This document shows, in pieces, positions 10,131 to 20,329 of a DNA stretch of 64,000 nucleotides. Made by a program: the position numbers and the translations under genes. This stretch comes from Minisyncoccota bacterium (GTDB lineage Bacteria > Patescibacteriota > Minisyncoccia > Phycocordibacterales > CALRHW01), in NCBI GenBank assembly GCA_046350795.1, contig JAXLZT010000001.1, forward strand, positions 484,705 through 548,704, written 5' to 3'. Every line of letters starts with the position of its first letter. Positions within the stretch are counted from its first letter, which is position 1. The notes under the pieces were generated by a model. That model did no database searches, was not told the DNA's origin, and saw nothing but the letters and a program-made list of their open reading frames with translations.

Positions 10131-10158
10131 TTGACTAAATTCTATATTTTGTTAGTAT
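10131..10158 (+). promoter_or_regulatory. sigma70-type promoter of the infA/alpha operon
   Basis: TTGACT-16nt-(TGn)TAGTAT upstream of infA. Confidence 0.55.
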
Positions 10159-10180
10159 ATTTCGCATTGCCTATATTGTA

Positions 10181-10399
10181 ATGGATAAAATCAAAGAAAA
10201 GAGCCAGATTGTAGGAATTGTCACAGAAGCCTTGCCAAATACTTTTTTTAAAGTTAAATTGGAGGGCCAGGAAGAAGAGATACTTACATACCTCGCCGGT
10301 AAGATGCGACTTCATAGAATTCGCGTACTTATCGGAGATAAAGTGGCTGTGGAGCTTGACCAATACGGTGGTAAAGGTAGGATAGTAAAACGTTTATAA
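10181..10399 (+). CDS. infA: Translation initiation factor IF-1
   Basis: G.VTEALPN..F.VKL..YLAGKMR...IRVL.GDKV.VE....KGRIV.R. Confidence 0.96.
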   Translation: MDKIKEKSQIVGIVTEALPNTFFKVKLEGQEEEILTYLAGKMRLHRIRVLIGDKVAVELDQYGGKGRIVKRL

Positions 10400-10430
10400 A
10401 AAGGGTTAAAGGTAGGTAAATATTTACATA

Positions 10431-10547
10431 ATGCGAGTTAGAGCTTCAGTTAAAAAAATTTGTGCAAAATGTCAAACCGTTCGAAGGAAGGGTTATGTAT
10501 ACGTTGTGTGCAAAAGCAATCCTCGCCATAAGCAGAGACAAGGATAA
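10431..10547 (+). CDS. rpmJ: 50S ribosomal protein L36 (zinc-ribbon type)
   Basis: Read directly: [38 protein letters not shown]. Below the ORF-track size cutoff; canonical position. Confidence 0.96.
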   Translation: MRVRASVKKICAKCQTVRRKGYVYVVCKSNPRHKQRQG

Positions 10548-10559
10548 TTTAAATAAAAT

Positions 10560-10940
10560 ATGAGAATTTTAGGTATTACAATTCCAGAAGGAAAGAGATT
10601 GGAGATAGGACTTACAACACTATATGGTATTGGACGTCCTTTGGCTCACAAGATTTTAGAAGAGGCAAAAATCGATTTTGGAAAAAAACCAAAGGATCTA
10701 TCAGTAGATGATGAAAATACTATCAGAAGTATTATTGAAAAATTTAAAATCGAAGGAGATCTAAAACGCGAAGTTGCTGGTAATATAAAGCGCCTAAAAG
10801 ATATCAAGGCATATAGAGGTACTCGTCACGCTCGAGGTCTACCTTCTCGGGGTCAGCGTACAAAGACCAATTCTCGTACTCGTCGAGGAAACGTACGAAA
10901 GACGATGGGAAGTGGTAAGCGTGCGGTAGAAAAGAAGTAA
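10560..10940 (+). CDS. rpsM: 30S ribosomal protein S13
   Basis: RILGITIP..K, LYGIG, YRGTRH.RGLP.RGQRTKTNSRT. Confidence 0.97.
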   Translation: MRILGITIPEGKRLEIGLTTLYGIGRPLAHKILEEAKIDFGKKPKDLSVDDENTIRSIIEKFKIEGDLKREVAGNIKRLKDIKAYRGTRHARGLPSRGQRTKTNSRTRRGNVRKTMGSGKRAVEKK

Positions 10941-10951
10941 TAAAAATAAAA

Positions 10952-11383
10952 ATGGGAAAGAAAAGAATCGTAAAAAAGGGTGAGACTGAGACAGTAGATT
11001 CTGGAGAAAAAGCTCCAGTGGTTTCTTCTAAAAAGAAGATTGATACAGGAATTTTATTTGTTCAGTCTACATACAACAACACAAAAGTTGTTCTTACAGA
11101 TGTTAAAGGTAACACTCTTTGTTGGTCTTCTAGCGGTTCTCTAGGATTTAGAGGTGCAAAGAAAGGCACACCTTTTGCTGCTGCAAAAATAGGCGAGCTT
11201 ATTGGTACAAAAGCTGCGACTATGGGAGTAAAAGAAGTGGCTGTTGTGGTAAAAGGAGTGGGTTCTGGTCGAGAATCATCTATCAGAGGTTTTATTGCAA
11301 AAGGAATTAACATTTTATCAATAAAAGATGTGACTCCGGTGCCTCACAACGGCCCGAAGCCACCTAAGCCACGTCGAGTTTAA
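10952..11383 (+). CDS. rpsK: 30S ribosomal protein S11
   Basis: STYNNT, GFRGAKKGTPFAA, GSGRES, DVTPVPHNG..PPKPRRV. Confidence 0.97.
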   Translation: MGKKRIVKKGETETVDSGEKAPVVSSKKKIDTGILFVQSTYNNTKVVLTDVKGNTLCWSSSGSLGFRGAKKGTPFAAAKIGELIGTKAATMGVKEVAVVVKGVGSGRESSIRGFIAKGINILSIKDVTPVPHNGPKPPKPRRV

Positions 11384-11404
11384 ATAAATATTGATTTAAT
11401 TTTT

Positions 11405-12016
11405 ATGATCATAGGACCAAGATACAAAATAGCGCGCAGACTAGGAGCTCCTGTATTTGAGAAAACTCAAACACAGAAGTATGTCTTGTCTCAAACACGA
11501 AAATCAAAAAATGGTGCTCGTGGACCAAAACAGAAAACAGATTTTGGTATGCAGATGAATGAAAAGCAAAAAGCGAGATTTACATATTTGCTTAGTGAAA
11601 AACAATTTTCGAATTATGTTAAAAAAGCTATGTCTGCACAAGGTACAGACAATGTCGGCGCGCTTTTTGAACTACTTGAGCGACGCTTAGACAACGTAGT
11701 GCTTCGTGGTGGTTTTGGACACACACGTTTACTTGCTCGACAAATGGTTTCTCATAATCATATAAAAGTAAACGGACATATTGTAAATATTCCATCATTT
11801 AAAGTTTCAGTAGGGGATGTAATCACTATACGAGATGGAAGTGCAAAAAAACCTCTCTTCGCAGGTCTAGAAGAAAAACTTCAAGCAAAAACAGCTCCTT
11901 CTTGGCTCAAAGTAGATTCAGTAAAGAAACAGATAGAAGTACAGGGTATACCAAAGATGGATCAGGGAGAGCTTCTGTTTGATTTAAATTCCGTTATCGA
12001 ATTTTACAGCCGATAG
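11405..12016 (+). CDS. rpsD: 30S ribosomal protein S4
   Basis: GPRYKIARRLG, EKQK, LERRLDNVV.R, ARQMVSH.HI.VNG, IEFYSR. Confidence 0.97.
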   Translation: MIIGPRYKIARRLGAPVFEKTQTQKYVLSQTRKSKNGARGPKQKTDFGMQMNEKQKARFTYLLSEKQFSNYVKKAMSAQGTDNVGALFELLERRLDNVVLRGGFGHTRLLARQMVSHNHIKVNGHIVNIPSFKVSVGDVITIRDGSAKKPLFAGLEEKLQAKTAPSWLKVDSVKKQIEVQGIPKMDQGELLFDLNSVIEFYSR

Positions 12017-12025
12017 TAGATAGGG

Positions 12026-12053
12026 TTGCCAGATTCTAAAATTAATGTATAAT
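12026..12053 (+). promoter_or_regulatory. Possible internal promoter for rpoA
   Basis: TTGCCA-16nt-TATAAT in the rpsD-rpoA gap. Confidence 0.5.
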
Positions 12054-12079
12054 TTACGAGTTAAATAATTTAAATCATT

Positions 12080-13036
12080 ATGGTCCATCACAGCATTGTA
12101 TTGCCTTCAAAGCCAAAGATCGTATCAGAAGATAAGTTTTCTGCTGTCTATGAAATAGACGGACTTTATCCAGGGTATGGTCACACTTTAGGCAACTCTC
12201 TACGTCGCATCATTCTTTCTTCTCTACCAGGTGCGGCTATCACTTCTGTAAAAATAAATGGCGTAAGTCATGAGTTTTCTGTATTAGAAGGAGTGAAGGA
12301 AGATGTTATAAACATCCTTTTAAATCTAAAAAAGGTGCGTATTGCTATGCACTCTGAAGAGCCTCAAACTCTTACTCTAAAAGTAAAGGGTGTACAGGAA
12401 GTAACAGCAAAAGATATAGAAGCTAGTGGTCAGGTGTCTATACTAAATCCTGATTTGGTTATCGCTCACATTACAGACAAAAATACTGAGCTTTCAATGG
12501 AGATAACTGTAGAAAAAGGACTTGGATATGTTTCAAAAGAAGTGATTCAAAAAAATCGTGTTGATATAGGCACTATCACTCTTGATGCAGTATTTTCTCC
12601 GATCAAAAAAGTAAGTTATGAAGTAGAAAATATGCGTGTTGGTGATCGTACAGATTTCAACAGACTTCGCATTTCTATAGAAACAGACGGAACAATGACT
12701 CCTCATGAAGCTCTAGAAAAGTCTATTGAAATAAGTATCAACCAATTGAAAGCTATCATTGGCTTCAAAGAAGAAGAGATGCCAGAATCTCCAAAGTCTG
12801 CTTCTGAAGAGTCAGAAGAAAAGAAAGAGATTGATCCAGAATTTTTGAAAACTCGTATTGAGTCTCTAAACCTTTCAGCGCGCACAATGAATGCTTTGAC
12901 TTCTGCAAATATTCGCACTGCAGGTGGTCTCGTGAGAAAGAAAGAAAAAGATATTGCAGAAATAGAAGGTCTTGGTACAAAGGGTGTACTTGAGATCAAG
13001 AAAGTATTGAAAGAATACGGCGTAACATTAAAGTAA
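12080..13036 (+). CDS. rpoA: DNA-directed RNA polymerase subunit alpha
   Basis: GYGHTLGNSLRRIILSSLPGAAIT, HEFS..GVKEDV, alpha-CTD LNLSART.NAL. Confidence 0.97.
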   Translation: MVHHSIVLPSKPKIVSEDKFSAVYEIDGLYPGYGHTLGNSLRRIILSSLPGAAITSVKINGVSHEFSVLEGVKEDVINILLNLKKVRIAMHSEEPQTLTLKVKGVQEVTAKDIEASGQVSILNPDLVIAHITDKNTELSMEITVEKGLGYVSKEVIQKNRVDIGTITLDAVFSPIKKVSYEVENMRVGDRTDFNRLRISIETDGTMTPHEALEKSIEISINQLKAIIGFKEEEMPESPKSASEESEEKKEIDPEFLKTRIESLNLSARTMNALTSANIRTAGGLVRKKEKDIAEIEGLGTKGVLEIKKVLKEYGVTLK

Positions 13037-13051
13037 GATTTAAATAATCCC

Positions 13052-13399
13052 ATGCGACATCACAGCTCAAAAAAGAAATTCGGTCTAAAAAGAAATCAGA
13101 GAAACGCTCTTGTTGCATCTCTCGCACTTTCTCTTATCCTTAATGAAAAAATAAAAACAACAGAAGTAAAAGCAAAGGCTTTGCGACCAGTTGTAGAAAA
13201 GTTAGTTTCAAAAGGAAAGACAAACTCTGTAGCTTCAAGAAGACTTCTTTCAGCTAGAGTTGGTGATGAGGGCGCAAAAAAGCTTGTAGATGTATTGGGT
13301 CCAAAGTATAAAGATAGAAAAGGTGGATACACAAGAATAGTAAAGCTAGGTACTCGTCCAAGTGACCGAGCATCTATGGCCGTTATCGAATTTGTATAA
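13052..13399 (+). CDS. rplQ: 50S ribosomal protein L17
   Basis: MRH, IKTT..KAK.LR..VEKL, R.GGYTRIVK...R..D.A.MA.IEFV. Confidence 0.97.
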   Translation: MRHHSSKKKFGLKRNQRNALVASLALSLILNEKIKTTEVKAKALRPVVEKLVSKGKTNSVASRRLLSARVGDEGAKKLVDVLGPKYKDRKGGYTRIVKLGTRPSDRASMAVIEFV

Positions 13400-13404
13400 T
13401 ATTT

Positions 13405-13749
13405 ATGAAACACACAATAGACGCAACTGACAAAAGATTGGGAAGAGTAGCTAGTGAAGCTGCAAAGATTTTATCTGGAAAACAAACTACTCACTACGTA
13501 CGTAACGCTGTAGAGGGGGTGACTGTAAACATCATAAATGCTTCAAAGGTAAAAATTGATGTTAAGAAACTAAAAGAAAAAGAATATATTACTTATACTG
13601 GTTTTCCAGGAGGATTGAAAAATAAGACAGCCCTACAGCTTATGGCTAAAAAAGGTTACTCAGGTCTTTTTGTAGAAGCTGTATATGGTATGCTTCCGAT
13701 CAACAAGCTTCGAGCAAAAATAATAAAGAATCTAATCGTTACTGAATAA
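13405..13749 (+). CDS. rplM: 50S ribosomal protein L13 (short)
   Basis: IDA....LGRVAS..A..L.GK, IINA.KV, YTGFPGGLK, AVYGMLP.NKL. Confidence 0.95.
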   Translation: MKHTIDATDKRLGRVASEAAKILSGKQTTHYVRNAVEGVTVNIINASKVKIDVKKLKEKEYITYTGFPGGLKNKTALQLMAKKGYSGLFVEAVYGMLPINKLRAKIIKNLIVTE

Positions 13750-13750
13750 T

Positions 13751-14149
13751 ATGAATACAGAAAAATACATAGAAACAATTGGTAGACGAAAAACTTCTGT
13801 AGCTCGAGTCAGAATGACAGAAGCTTCAAAAAATACTATTGTCATAAACGACAAAGAGTACGATGTTTATTTCCCAACTACAGCATTGAGAATCGTAGGG
13901 AAAGAAGCTCTAGCGACATCAAAAACTCCAATAAAATTTAAAATTACTGCTGTTATAAAAGGCGGAGGTATTAGTTCTCAAGCTCAAGCTCTAAGACATG
14001 GTATTTCTCGTGGTCTTGTAGAGTTTGATGCTGAGCTACGAAAGAGTCTAAAATCTTCTGGTTTGCTAAAGCGAGATGCTCGTGCAAAAGAACGACGCAA
14101 ATTCGGTCTCAAGAAAGCTCGAAAGGCTCCTCAGTGGTCAAAGCGCTAG
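13751..14149 (+). CDS. rpsI: 30S ribosomal protein S9
   Basis: GRRKTSVARV, GGG.SSQA.ALRHGISR, RD.R.KERRKFGLKKARKAPQWSKR. Confidence 0.97.
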   Translation: MNTEKYIETIGRRKTSVARVRMTEASKNTIVINDKEYDVYFPTTALRIVGKEALATSKTPIKFKITAVIKGGGISSQAQALRHGISRGLVEFDAELRKSLKSSGLLKRDARAKERRKFGLKKARKAPQWSKR

Positions 14150-14154
14150 TTTTA

Positions 14155-14187
14155 TAAAAAAATAGGACGGTCCGTGTGGACCGCCCT
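14155..14187 (-). terminator. Intrinsic terminator of cassette A (may also terminate the convergent ribosomal operon)
   Basis: Minus strand AGGGCGGTCC-ACAC-GGACCGTCCT followed by ATTTTTTT. Confidence 0.75.
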
Positions 14188-14215
14188 TGGTTGTGGCTTC
14201 TTCCGACTTGTCAGC

Positions 14216-14377
14216 TCACAGCCAGATCGGCTGCGGGAGCTTGGGGCTGGAGATGATGCGACCCAAGTAGACCTTGACGTGAAGCGTCTTGGACGACTTG
14301 CGTCCCTTGTCATCGAAGTGGTGGACGACCACTTCCGCCTTCGTTCTCGTCTTGTTCTTGCTGATGATCTTGACCAT
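14216..14377 (-). CDS. Small basic 53-aa hypothetical protein (cassette A)
   Basis: MVKIISKNKTRTKAEVVVHHFDDKGRKSSKTLHVKVYLGRIISSPKLPQPIWL*. SD GAAAGGGG before ATG, GC-rich third positions, own promoter and terminator. Not in the ORF track. Confidence 0.72.
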   Translation of the reverse strand: MVKIISKNKTRTKAEVVVHHFDDKGRKSSKTLHVKVYLGRIISSPKLPQPIWL

Positions 14378-14435
14378 TTCGGACCCCTTTCAGAAGTGTA
14401 CGAATGACATGTGACTGAACACCAGTCACAATACA

Positions 14436-14463
14436 AGTATAACATGTATATATATTTTGTCAA
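14436..14463 (-). promoter_or_regulatory. sigma70 promoter of cassette A
   Basis: TTGACA-16nt-(TGn)TATACT on the minus strand. Confidence 0.7.
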
Positions 14464-14533
14464 GTAGAACGAATAACTCAATTTTGCCTATAATATTGAA
14501 ACCATGGTCGTGTTTTGATAACATACTGTTGTT

Positions 14534-15115
14534 ATGAAGGATAAAAATCTATCTAAAAACGAAAACGAAGAGCAAATGGACGAAGAAATCGTTTTTGAAA
14601 ATGATGCTGAATTTGCAGAAAAAGATCCAAAGCAATCTCTCGACAAACTCCGTAAAAAATTAAAAGAAACAGAAGCAGAAAAACAAGAATACCTAGACGG
14701 ATGGCAGAGAGCCAAAGCTGATTTCATAAATTCACGCAAAAGAGACGCAGATCTCCAAGCTGATATAATAAAATTCGCAAACGAAAATTTAATTTCAGAT
14801 ATCATTCCAGTCCTCGACAGCTTTGATATGGCGATGCAAAACAAAGAAGCTTGGGAAAAGGCACCAAAAGATTGGAGAGTCGGAGTCGAGTATATTTACA
14901 ATCAACTTTTAGGAGTACTCACTCAAAATGGATTAAAACAATTCAACCCAATAGGGCAAAATTTTGATCCAAAACTCCATGAAGCCGTCGACACAATAGA
15001 AACGAATGATTCAGGTGAAGATGGGAAAATTTTGGAGGTTTTGCAAAAAGGTTATAGTCTTAATGAAAAGCAAATACGTTCGGCAAAAGTAAAAACCGGT
15101 AAATTTGTAGGATAA
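14534..15115 (+). CDS. grpE: Nucleotide exchange factor GrpE
   Basis: [42 protein letters not shown]. Confidence 0.95.
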   Translation: MKDKNLSKNENEEQMDEEIVFENDAEFAEKDPKQSLDKLRKKLKETEAEKQEYLDGWQRAKADFINSRKRDADLQADIIKFANENLISDIIPVLDSFDMAMQNKEAWEKAPKDWRVGVEYIYNQLLGVLTQNGLKQFNPIGQNFDPKLHEAVDTIETNDSGEDGKILEVLQKGYSLNEKQIRSAKVKTGKFVG

Positions 15116-15140
15116 ATTAATAACTAATACAAATAAAATT

Positions 15141-17045
15141 ATGGCAAAAGTAATAGGAATTGATTTGGGAACAACAAACTCTGCTGTGGCTGTAATGGAA
15201 GTCGGTGGACCAAAAATACTTGAGAACGCTGAGGGTGCACGTACTACACCTTCTATTGTTGCTATATCAAAAAGCGGTGAGCGCACAGTCGGTCTACTTG
15301 CAAAGCGCCAAGCTGTAACAAATCCAAAGAATACAATTTTCGGAATCAAGCGCTTTATCGGTCACACATTTGAAGATCCAGCAGTACAAAAAGACAAAGC
15401 GACAGTGCCGTATGACATTAGCGCTTCGGGAGACGGCGGTGTGCTCGTAAAAATGGGCGACAAAGACTACAGACCAGAAGAAATATCTGCAATGATTTTG
15501 TCTAAACTAAAAGCAGATGCAGAAGCTCGTCTCGGCGAAAAAGTTACAGAAGCTATCATCACTGTGCCTGCGTATTTCAATGATGCACAAAGAAAAGCAA
15601 CAAAAGATGCGGGAAAAATCGCTGGCTTGGATGTAAAAAGAATCATCAATGAGCCTACAGCTGCGGCTCTCGCATACGGATTTAATAAAAAGAAAGACGA
15701 AAAGATTGTTGTCTTTGATTTTGGAGGAGGAACATTTGATATTTCTGTACTCGAAGTGGGTGGTGACGTGGTAGAAGTAAAATCAACAGACGGCGACAGT
15801 CATCTCGGAGGAAAAGATATTGATCAAAAGATTATTCATTTCCTTGCTGATGAATTTAAAAAAGAAAACGGCATTGATCTCACAAAAGATGCTTTTGCTC
15901 TACAGCGTCTAGATGAAGCTGCAGAAAAAGCAAAAATCGAGCTATCTACTGCCGTAGAAACAGAAATAAATATTCCTTTCATTACATCTGATGCTTCCGG
16001 CCCAAAACATTTTGTCATGAAAATGACTCGCACAAAGCTAGAGGAGCTCTGCGCTGAGTTTATCGACCGCGCTATCATGATCACAAAGCGCGCAATGGAA
16101 GCTTCTCCTTTCAAGATGGCTGAAATAAACGAAGTTGTGCTCGTAGGAGGACAGACTCGTATGCCAAAAATTCAACAAGCTGTAAAAGAGCTTTTTGGAA
16201 AAGAGCCAAATCTATCTATCAATCCTGACGAAGTGGTAGCGCTCGGTGCTGCACTACAAGGAGGTATCATTACAGGAGATGTAAAAGATGTTTTGCTTCT
16301 CGACGTTATTCCTCTTTCTCTTGGTATTGAAACAATGGGTGGCGTAGCTACGCATCTCATTTCAAAAAACACTACTATCCCTGCTTCAAAGTCACAAACT
16401 TTTTCTACTGCCGCTGACAGTCAAACATCTGTGGAGATTCACATCGTGCAAGGTGAGCGACCAATGGCGAGCGACAACAAAAGCCTCGGTAAATTTATTC
16501 TCGACGGCATTCCACCAGCGCCTCGCGGTGTGCCTCAGGTAGAAGTGACTTTTGATATTGATGCCAACGGTATTTTGAGCGTAAAAGCAAAAGACAAAAC
16601 TACTGGCAAGGAGCAGTCTATCCGCATCGAAGCAAGCTCTGGTCTTTCAAAAGAAGAGATTGATAGAATGCAAAAAGAAGCAGAAATGCATGCCACAGAA
16701 GATGCAAAGAAAAAAGAAATCATTGAAGCAAAAAATATTGCTGAGCAAATGATTTATACTGCAGAAAAATCTCTAAAAGATAATGAGGGAAAAATCAGTG
16801 ATGAAATAAAAGCAGGTGTAAACGAAAAGGTTACCGCTCTAAAAGCTGTAAAAGATGGTACTGACAAGGAAGCTATCATGAAAGCAACGACTGAACTTTC
16901 TACAGAAATGCAGAAAATAGGCGAATATATGGCCAAAAATGCCCCTCAGAGTGCTCCAAATGCTGGCAACGACTCAACTACCGAAGGCCCTGTTAGAGAC
17001 GCTAATTTTGAGGAAAAGAAGGATGGCGAAGCACCTAAGGCTTAA
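15141..17045 (+). CDS. dnaK: Chaperone DnaK (Hsp70)
   Basis: [37 protein letters not shown]. Confidence 0.98.
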   Translation: MAKVIGIDLGTTNSAVAVMEVGGPKILENAEGARTTPSIVAISKSGERTVGLLAKRQAVTNPKNTIFGIKRFIGHTFEDPAVQKDKATVPYDISASGDGGVLVKMGDKDYRPEEISAMILSKLKADAEARLGEKVTEAIITVPAYFNDAQRKATKDAGKIAGLDVKRIINEPTAAALAYGFNKKKDEKIVVFDFGGGTFDISVLEVGGDVVEVKSTDGDSHLGGKDIDQKIIHFLADEFKKENGIDLTKDAFALQRLDEAAEKAKIELSTAVETEINIPFITSDASGPKHFVMKMTRTKLEELCAEFIDRAIMITKRAMEASPFKMAEINEVVLVGGQTRMPKIQQAVKELFGKEPNLSINPDEVVALGAALQGGIITGDVKDVLLLDVIPLSLGIETMGGVATHLISKNTTIPASKSQTFSTAADSQTSVEIHIVQGERPMASDNKSLGKFILDGIPPAPRGVPQVEVTFDIDANGILSVKAKDKTTGKEQSIRIEASSGLSKEEIDRMQKEAEMHATEDAKKKEIIEAKNIAEQMIYTAEKSLKDNEGKISDEIKAGVNEKVTALKAVKDGTDKEAIMKATTELSTEMQKIGEYMAKNAPQSAPNAGNDSTTEGPVRDANFEEKKDGEAPKA

Positions 17046-17052
17046 ATAAAAT

Positions 17053-18135
17053 ATGGCAAAAGATTTTTACGAAACACTTGGCGTAAAAAAAGACGCTTCA
17101 AAAGACGAGATAAAAAAAGCGTTTCGTAAGCTCGCGCATCAATATCATCCAGACAAACAAGGTGGTGATGAAAAAAAGTTTAAAGAAGTAAACGAAGCAT
17201 ATAGCGTGCTTTCTGATGACAAAAAAAGATCAGAGTACGATACATACGGACAAACTTTTGGCGGAGGTGGCCCGGGCGCTGGTGGTTTCGGTGGAGGTTT
17301 CAGTGGCCAAGGTTTTGGTGACTTCGATTTCTCTCAATTTACAGGCGGACAAGGTTTTGATTTTGGAGATATTTTTGGTGACATCTTTGGTGGCGGACAG
17401 CGAGCACGTACAAAACGCGGACGCGATATTTCTATCGACATAGAGCTCACATTTTCTGAGTCTGTTTTCGGCGTAAACAGAAAAATTCTTTTAAACAAAA
17501 CATCTAGCTGTGAAAGATGTAAAGGTGAAGGCGGTGAGCCAGGTACAGAGATGCACACTTGCAAGACTTGCAATGGCAAAGGAAAAATTCGCGATGTAAA
17601 ACGCACTATCCTTGGATCTATTGCGACCGAGCGTATTTGTGAAGATTGTCGCGGAAAAGGCAAGACTCCAAAAGAAAAATGTAAAGAGTGTAAAGGTCTT
17701 GGCGTAGTGAAAAAAGAGCAAGAGATCGACCTAAAAATCCCTGCGGGAATAGATGATGGAGAAATGATGCGCATGACTGGCGCAGGTGAAGCTGTCGCTG
17801 GTGGCGTGCCTGGAGATTTGTATATAAAAATTCATGTAAAAAAGCATCCAATTTTCCGCAAAGAAGGCAACAATCTAGTGATGGACATGAATATCAAGCT
17901 CTCTGACGCGCTTTTGGGAGGTGTGCGTACCGTGAGTACTTTAGATGGAGATATAAAAGTGACTATTCCAGAAAATATTACTTTCGGTGAGATACTTCGT
18001 GTAAAAGGAAAAGGTGTACCTACAGACAAAAGTCATCGCGGAGATATTTTGATAAAAATAAATATAGAGCTACCACGCCGACTTTCAAAAGAAGCCAAAA
18101 AGCTCGTCGAGCAACTCAAAAAAGAGGGGGTGTAG
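17053..18135 (+). CDS. dnaJ: Chaperone DnaJ
   Basis: J-domain HPD, G/F-rich linker, four CxxCxGxG repeats. Confidence 0.97.
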   Translation: MAKDFYETLGVKKDASKDEIKKAFRKLAHQYHPDKQGGDEKKFKEVNEAYSVLSDDKKRSEYDTYGQTFGGGGPGAGGFGGGFSGQGFGDFDFSQFTGGQGFDFGDIFGDIFGGGQRARTKRGRDISIDIELTFSESVFGVNRKILLNKTSSCERCKGEGGEPGTEMHTCKTCNGKGKIRDVKRTILGSIATERICEDCRGKGKTPKEKCKECKGLGVVKKEQEIDLKIPAGIDDGEMMRMTGAGEAVAGGVPGDLYIKIHVKKHPIFRKEGNNLVMDMNIKLSDALLGGVRTVSTLDGDIKVTIPENITFGEILRVKGKGVPTDKSHRGDILIKINIELPRRLSKEAKKLVEQLKKEGV

Positions 18136-18149
18136 GAAATCTTTATCAT

Positions 18150-18178
18150 TTGACCCCTGCACCTCGACCATATATTAT
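18150..18178 (+). promoter_or_regulatory. sigma70 promoter of cassette B
   Basis: TTGACC-17nt-TATTAT. Confidence 0.6.
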
Positions 18179-18229
18179 TCCGTCAGGTTAAGGTCTTTTA
18201 CCCCCAAACTCCGAAAGGAAAGAAGCATC

Positions 18230-18628
18230 ATGCCGAAAAAAGAAAAACGCAAAGTTTCCGGTGTGCTTGGAAGGCGAGCGCTTCGCCTCCCACTTCAGCT
18301 CGAAAGGCTCAAACACCCGGATTCCTGGCTTGAGCGAATGGTGGCACGTATGTGGCATAAAGAGAATGCTGTTCTTCCTGCACCGTTCCCGTTTGTGCTC
18401 GGTGCTCAACCACCAGCTTTCTCGGGCAGGGTCAGAGCCATTCTGAATGAGGGCAACCCCAGCCGTCGTGACGTTGAAATCGTCAACTCGACTATCCAGT
18501 GGCTTGGTACCGGGGTCGGTATCTGTTTCTGTAGGGAGGTCGTAGAGACCTACAATCGAGAACTGGTGAAGCGCAGGCAAGCACGACGACGCAAGATGCA
18601 GAAAGCATCTGGCACGAAGACCTCCTAA
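18230..18628 (+). CDS. Hypothetical basic protein (cassette B), possibly phage-derived
   Basis: 132 aa; SD GAAAGGA upstream; GC-richer than flanks; stop codon lies inside the terminator loop. Confidence 0.7.
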   Translation: MPKKEKRKVSGVLGRRALRLPLQLERLKHPDSWLERMVARMWHKENAVLPAPFPFVLGAQPPAFSGRVRAILNEGNPSRRDVEIVNSTIQWLGTGVGICFCREVVETYNRELVKRRQARRRKMQKASGTKTS

Positions 18629-18645
18629 CGGGGGTTTTCTTTTTT
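18616..18645 (+). terminator. Intrinsic terminator of cassette B
   Basis: GAAGACCTCC-TAAC-GGGGGTTTTC followed by a T-tract. Confidence 0.75.
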
Positions 18646-18690
18646 ATAAAAAACTTTCAAAACCCGCGCCATTCTGCTATTATTTCCAAT

Positions 18691-19677
18691 ATGAAATCAG
18701 GAAAAAAGATACTCGTGTCTGGTGTAAAACCAACCGGTCGACCGCATATTGGCAACTATTTCGGCGCGATGAAACAAATGGTTGATTTGCAAGATGAGCA
18801 CGACTGTCATCTTTTTATTGCCGACCTACATGCACTCACATCAGTAAATGACGCGATAGAGCTTTCACAAAGCACTCTTGATCTAGCCATCGACTACCTC
18901 GCTATCGGCCTCGACCCTAAAAAAGTCACAATATACAAACAATCAGACATACCTCAGACGGCTGAGCTGGCTTGGATTTTCAACTGCATCACCACAATGC
19001 CATACCTCATGCGCGCGCATGCTTTCAAAGACGCCGAAGCAAAAAATCATGAAATAAATGTTGGAGTTTTTGATTATCCTCTACTAATGTCAGCAGATAT
19101 TTTACTTCCAGAAGCAGACGTAGTACCTGTAGGCGCCGACCAAAAACAGCATATAGAAATAGCTCGCGACACAGCAGAAAAATTCAACCGACTTTTTGGC
19201 GAGACTTTCAAAATGCCCGAAGCTTTGATTGTAAAAGACGTCATGACTGTCCCAGGCACAGACGGACAAAAGATGAGTAAAAGCTATGGCAACACTATTT
19301 GCCTTTTTGCTAGCGACGACGAGATCATGAAGGCTGTAATGAAAATACCGACAGATTCAAAGGGTGTAGATGAGCCAAAAAATCCTGATGAATGCAAAGT
19401 TTTTGCACTGCACAAACTTTTTGCCAGCGCAGATGAGCTAGCTGACATTCGTGCAAGATATGAAAAGGGTGGACTCGGATACAAAGAATCAAAAGAAATT
19501 CTCGCGCGTAACATTTCAGCATTTATCACGCCACTTCGCACAAAACGCGAGAAGATAGCGCAAGACACAGAATTTATCATGGACATTTTGAAAGATGGAG
19601 GAAAAAAGATGCACATGCACGCAGAAAAGAAAATGAATGAAATCCGCACAAAGGTGGGATTGGCTTTTAAGCAGTAA
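18691..19677 (+). CDS. trpS: Tryptophan--tRNA ligase
   Basis: SGVKPTG.PHIGNY (HIGH), YPLLMSADIL, VPVGADQKQH, KMSKS. Confidence 0.97.
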   Translation: MKSGKKILVSGVKPTGRPHIGNYFGAMKQMVDLQDEHDCHLFIADLHALTSVNDAIELSQSTLDLAIDYLAIGLDPKKVTIYKQSDIPQTAELAWIFNCITTMPYLMRAHAFKDAEAKNHEINVGVFDYPLLMSADILLPEADVVPVGADQKQHIEIARDTAEKFNRLFGETFKMPEALIVKDVMTVPGTDGQKMSKSYGNTICLFASDDEIMKAVMKIPTDSKGVDEPKNPDECKVFALHKLFASADELADIRARYEKGGLGYKESKEILARNISAFITPLRTKREKIAQDTEFIMDILKDGGKKMHMHAEKKMNEIRTKVGLAFKQ

Positions 19678-19700
19678 TCAAGATATTTAAAAATTAGGCA

Positions 19701-19740
19701 AACAAAAACCCCGCAACAACGCAGACTCGGGGTCTTTGTT
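19701..19740 (-). terminator. Terminator between convergent trpS and cassette C
   Basis: Minus strand AACAAAGACCCCG...CGGGGTTTTTGTTT. Confidence 0.65.
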
Positions 19741-19758
19741 GATGCGGAGTGTCTCTCA

Positions 19759-20256
19759 TCACCACGTGTAGTAGAACCTGGGATCCGTGGCAGGCGAGTA
19801 TCGATCCCCTGGGTACTTGTCTTCATTCCGGATAATTGCACCGCTTTTGCTGAGTTCAAACTGCATGTGACTCGCATTGGCGGTATATCCGTGATCGGTC
19901 GGAGTGATCTCGTTGAATGCGTACGAGATGTGCCGACCCGCTTCGTCCAAGACATACATAGCCACGTCGCGCTTGCCGAGAAGAGCCCCGTCAGAAAGAA
20001 GCCCAATCTGGTCGTAGCCCTCAAGCGAAGCAGGCATGTCCTTTTCGTTGAGGACAAACCAGAACTGACCCATTCGGCCGATCTTGGTGCCGTCTCCCAG
20101 TGTCTGGTACTCCTGCAAGATCGGCTTAATGCCAATCTGCTGGTTCACCTGGATAGCGTTGGCTTCCAGGTAGTTGATTCGCATCCTCAAATTGTGCGAA
20201 TTGCAGATCGAATCAACCGCAAACAGAAAGAGGACGAAAATCAGAGCATTCTTCAT
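19759..20256 (-). CDS. Hypothetical exported protein (cassette C)
   Basis: 165 aa; N-terminal MKNALIFVLFLFAVD signal/anchor; SD AAGGAG; GC-rich codons. Confidence 0.72.
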   Translation of the reverse strand: MKNALIFVLFLFAVDSICNSHNLRMRINYLEANAIQVNQQIGIKPILQEYQTLGDGTKIGRMGQFWFVLNEKDMPASLEGYDQIGLLSDGALLGKRDVAMYVLDEAGRHISYAFNEITPTDHGYTANASHMQFELSKSGAIIRNEDKYPGDRYSPATDPRFYYTW

Positions 20257-20329
20257 TGGTACTTCTCCTTGTTGGTGAGGTATTTCAAACTACGTGTCAG
20301 AATTGAAACGTAGGAACAGTCTTGCCACT

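Noticed and set aside
14152-14481. 109-aa (-) and 77-aa (+) ORFs
   Set aside because: They span promoter and terminator elements. The SD-led 53-aa ORF at 14216-14377 explains the region better.
14460-14534. CIRCE operator upstream of grpE-dnaK-dnaJ
   Set aside because: No TTAGCACTC-N9-GAGTGCTAA was found, and hrcA is not in the window.
19284-20313. 283-aa (-) and 148-aa (+) ORFs
   Set aside because: Shadow frames overlapping trpS and the GC-rich cassette C gene.
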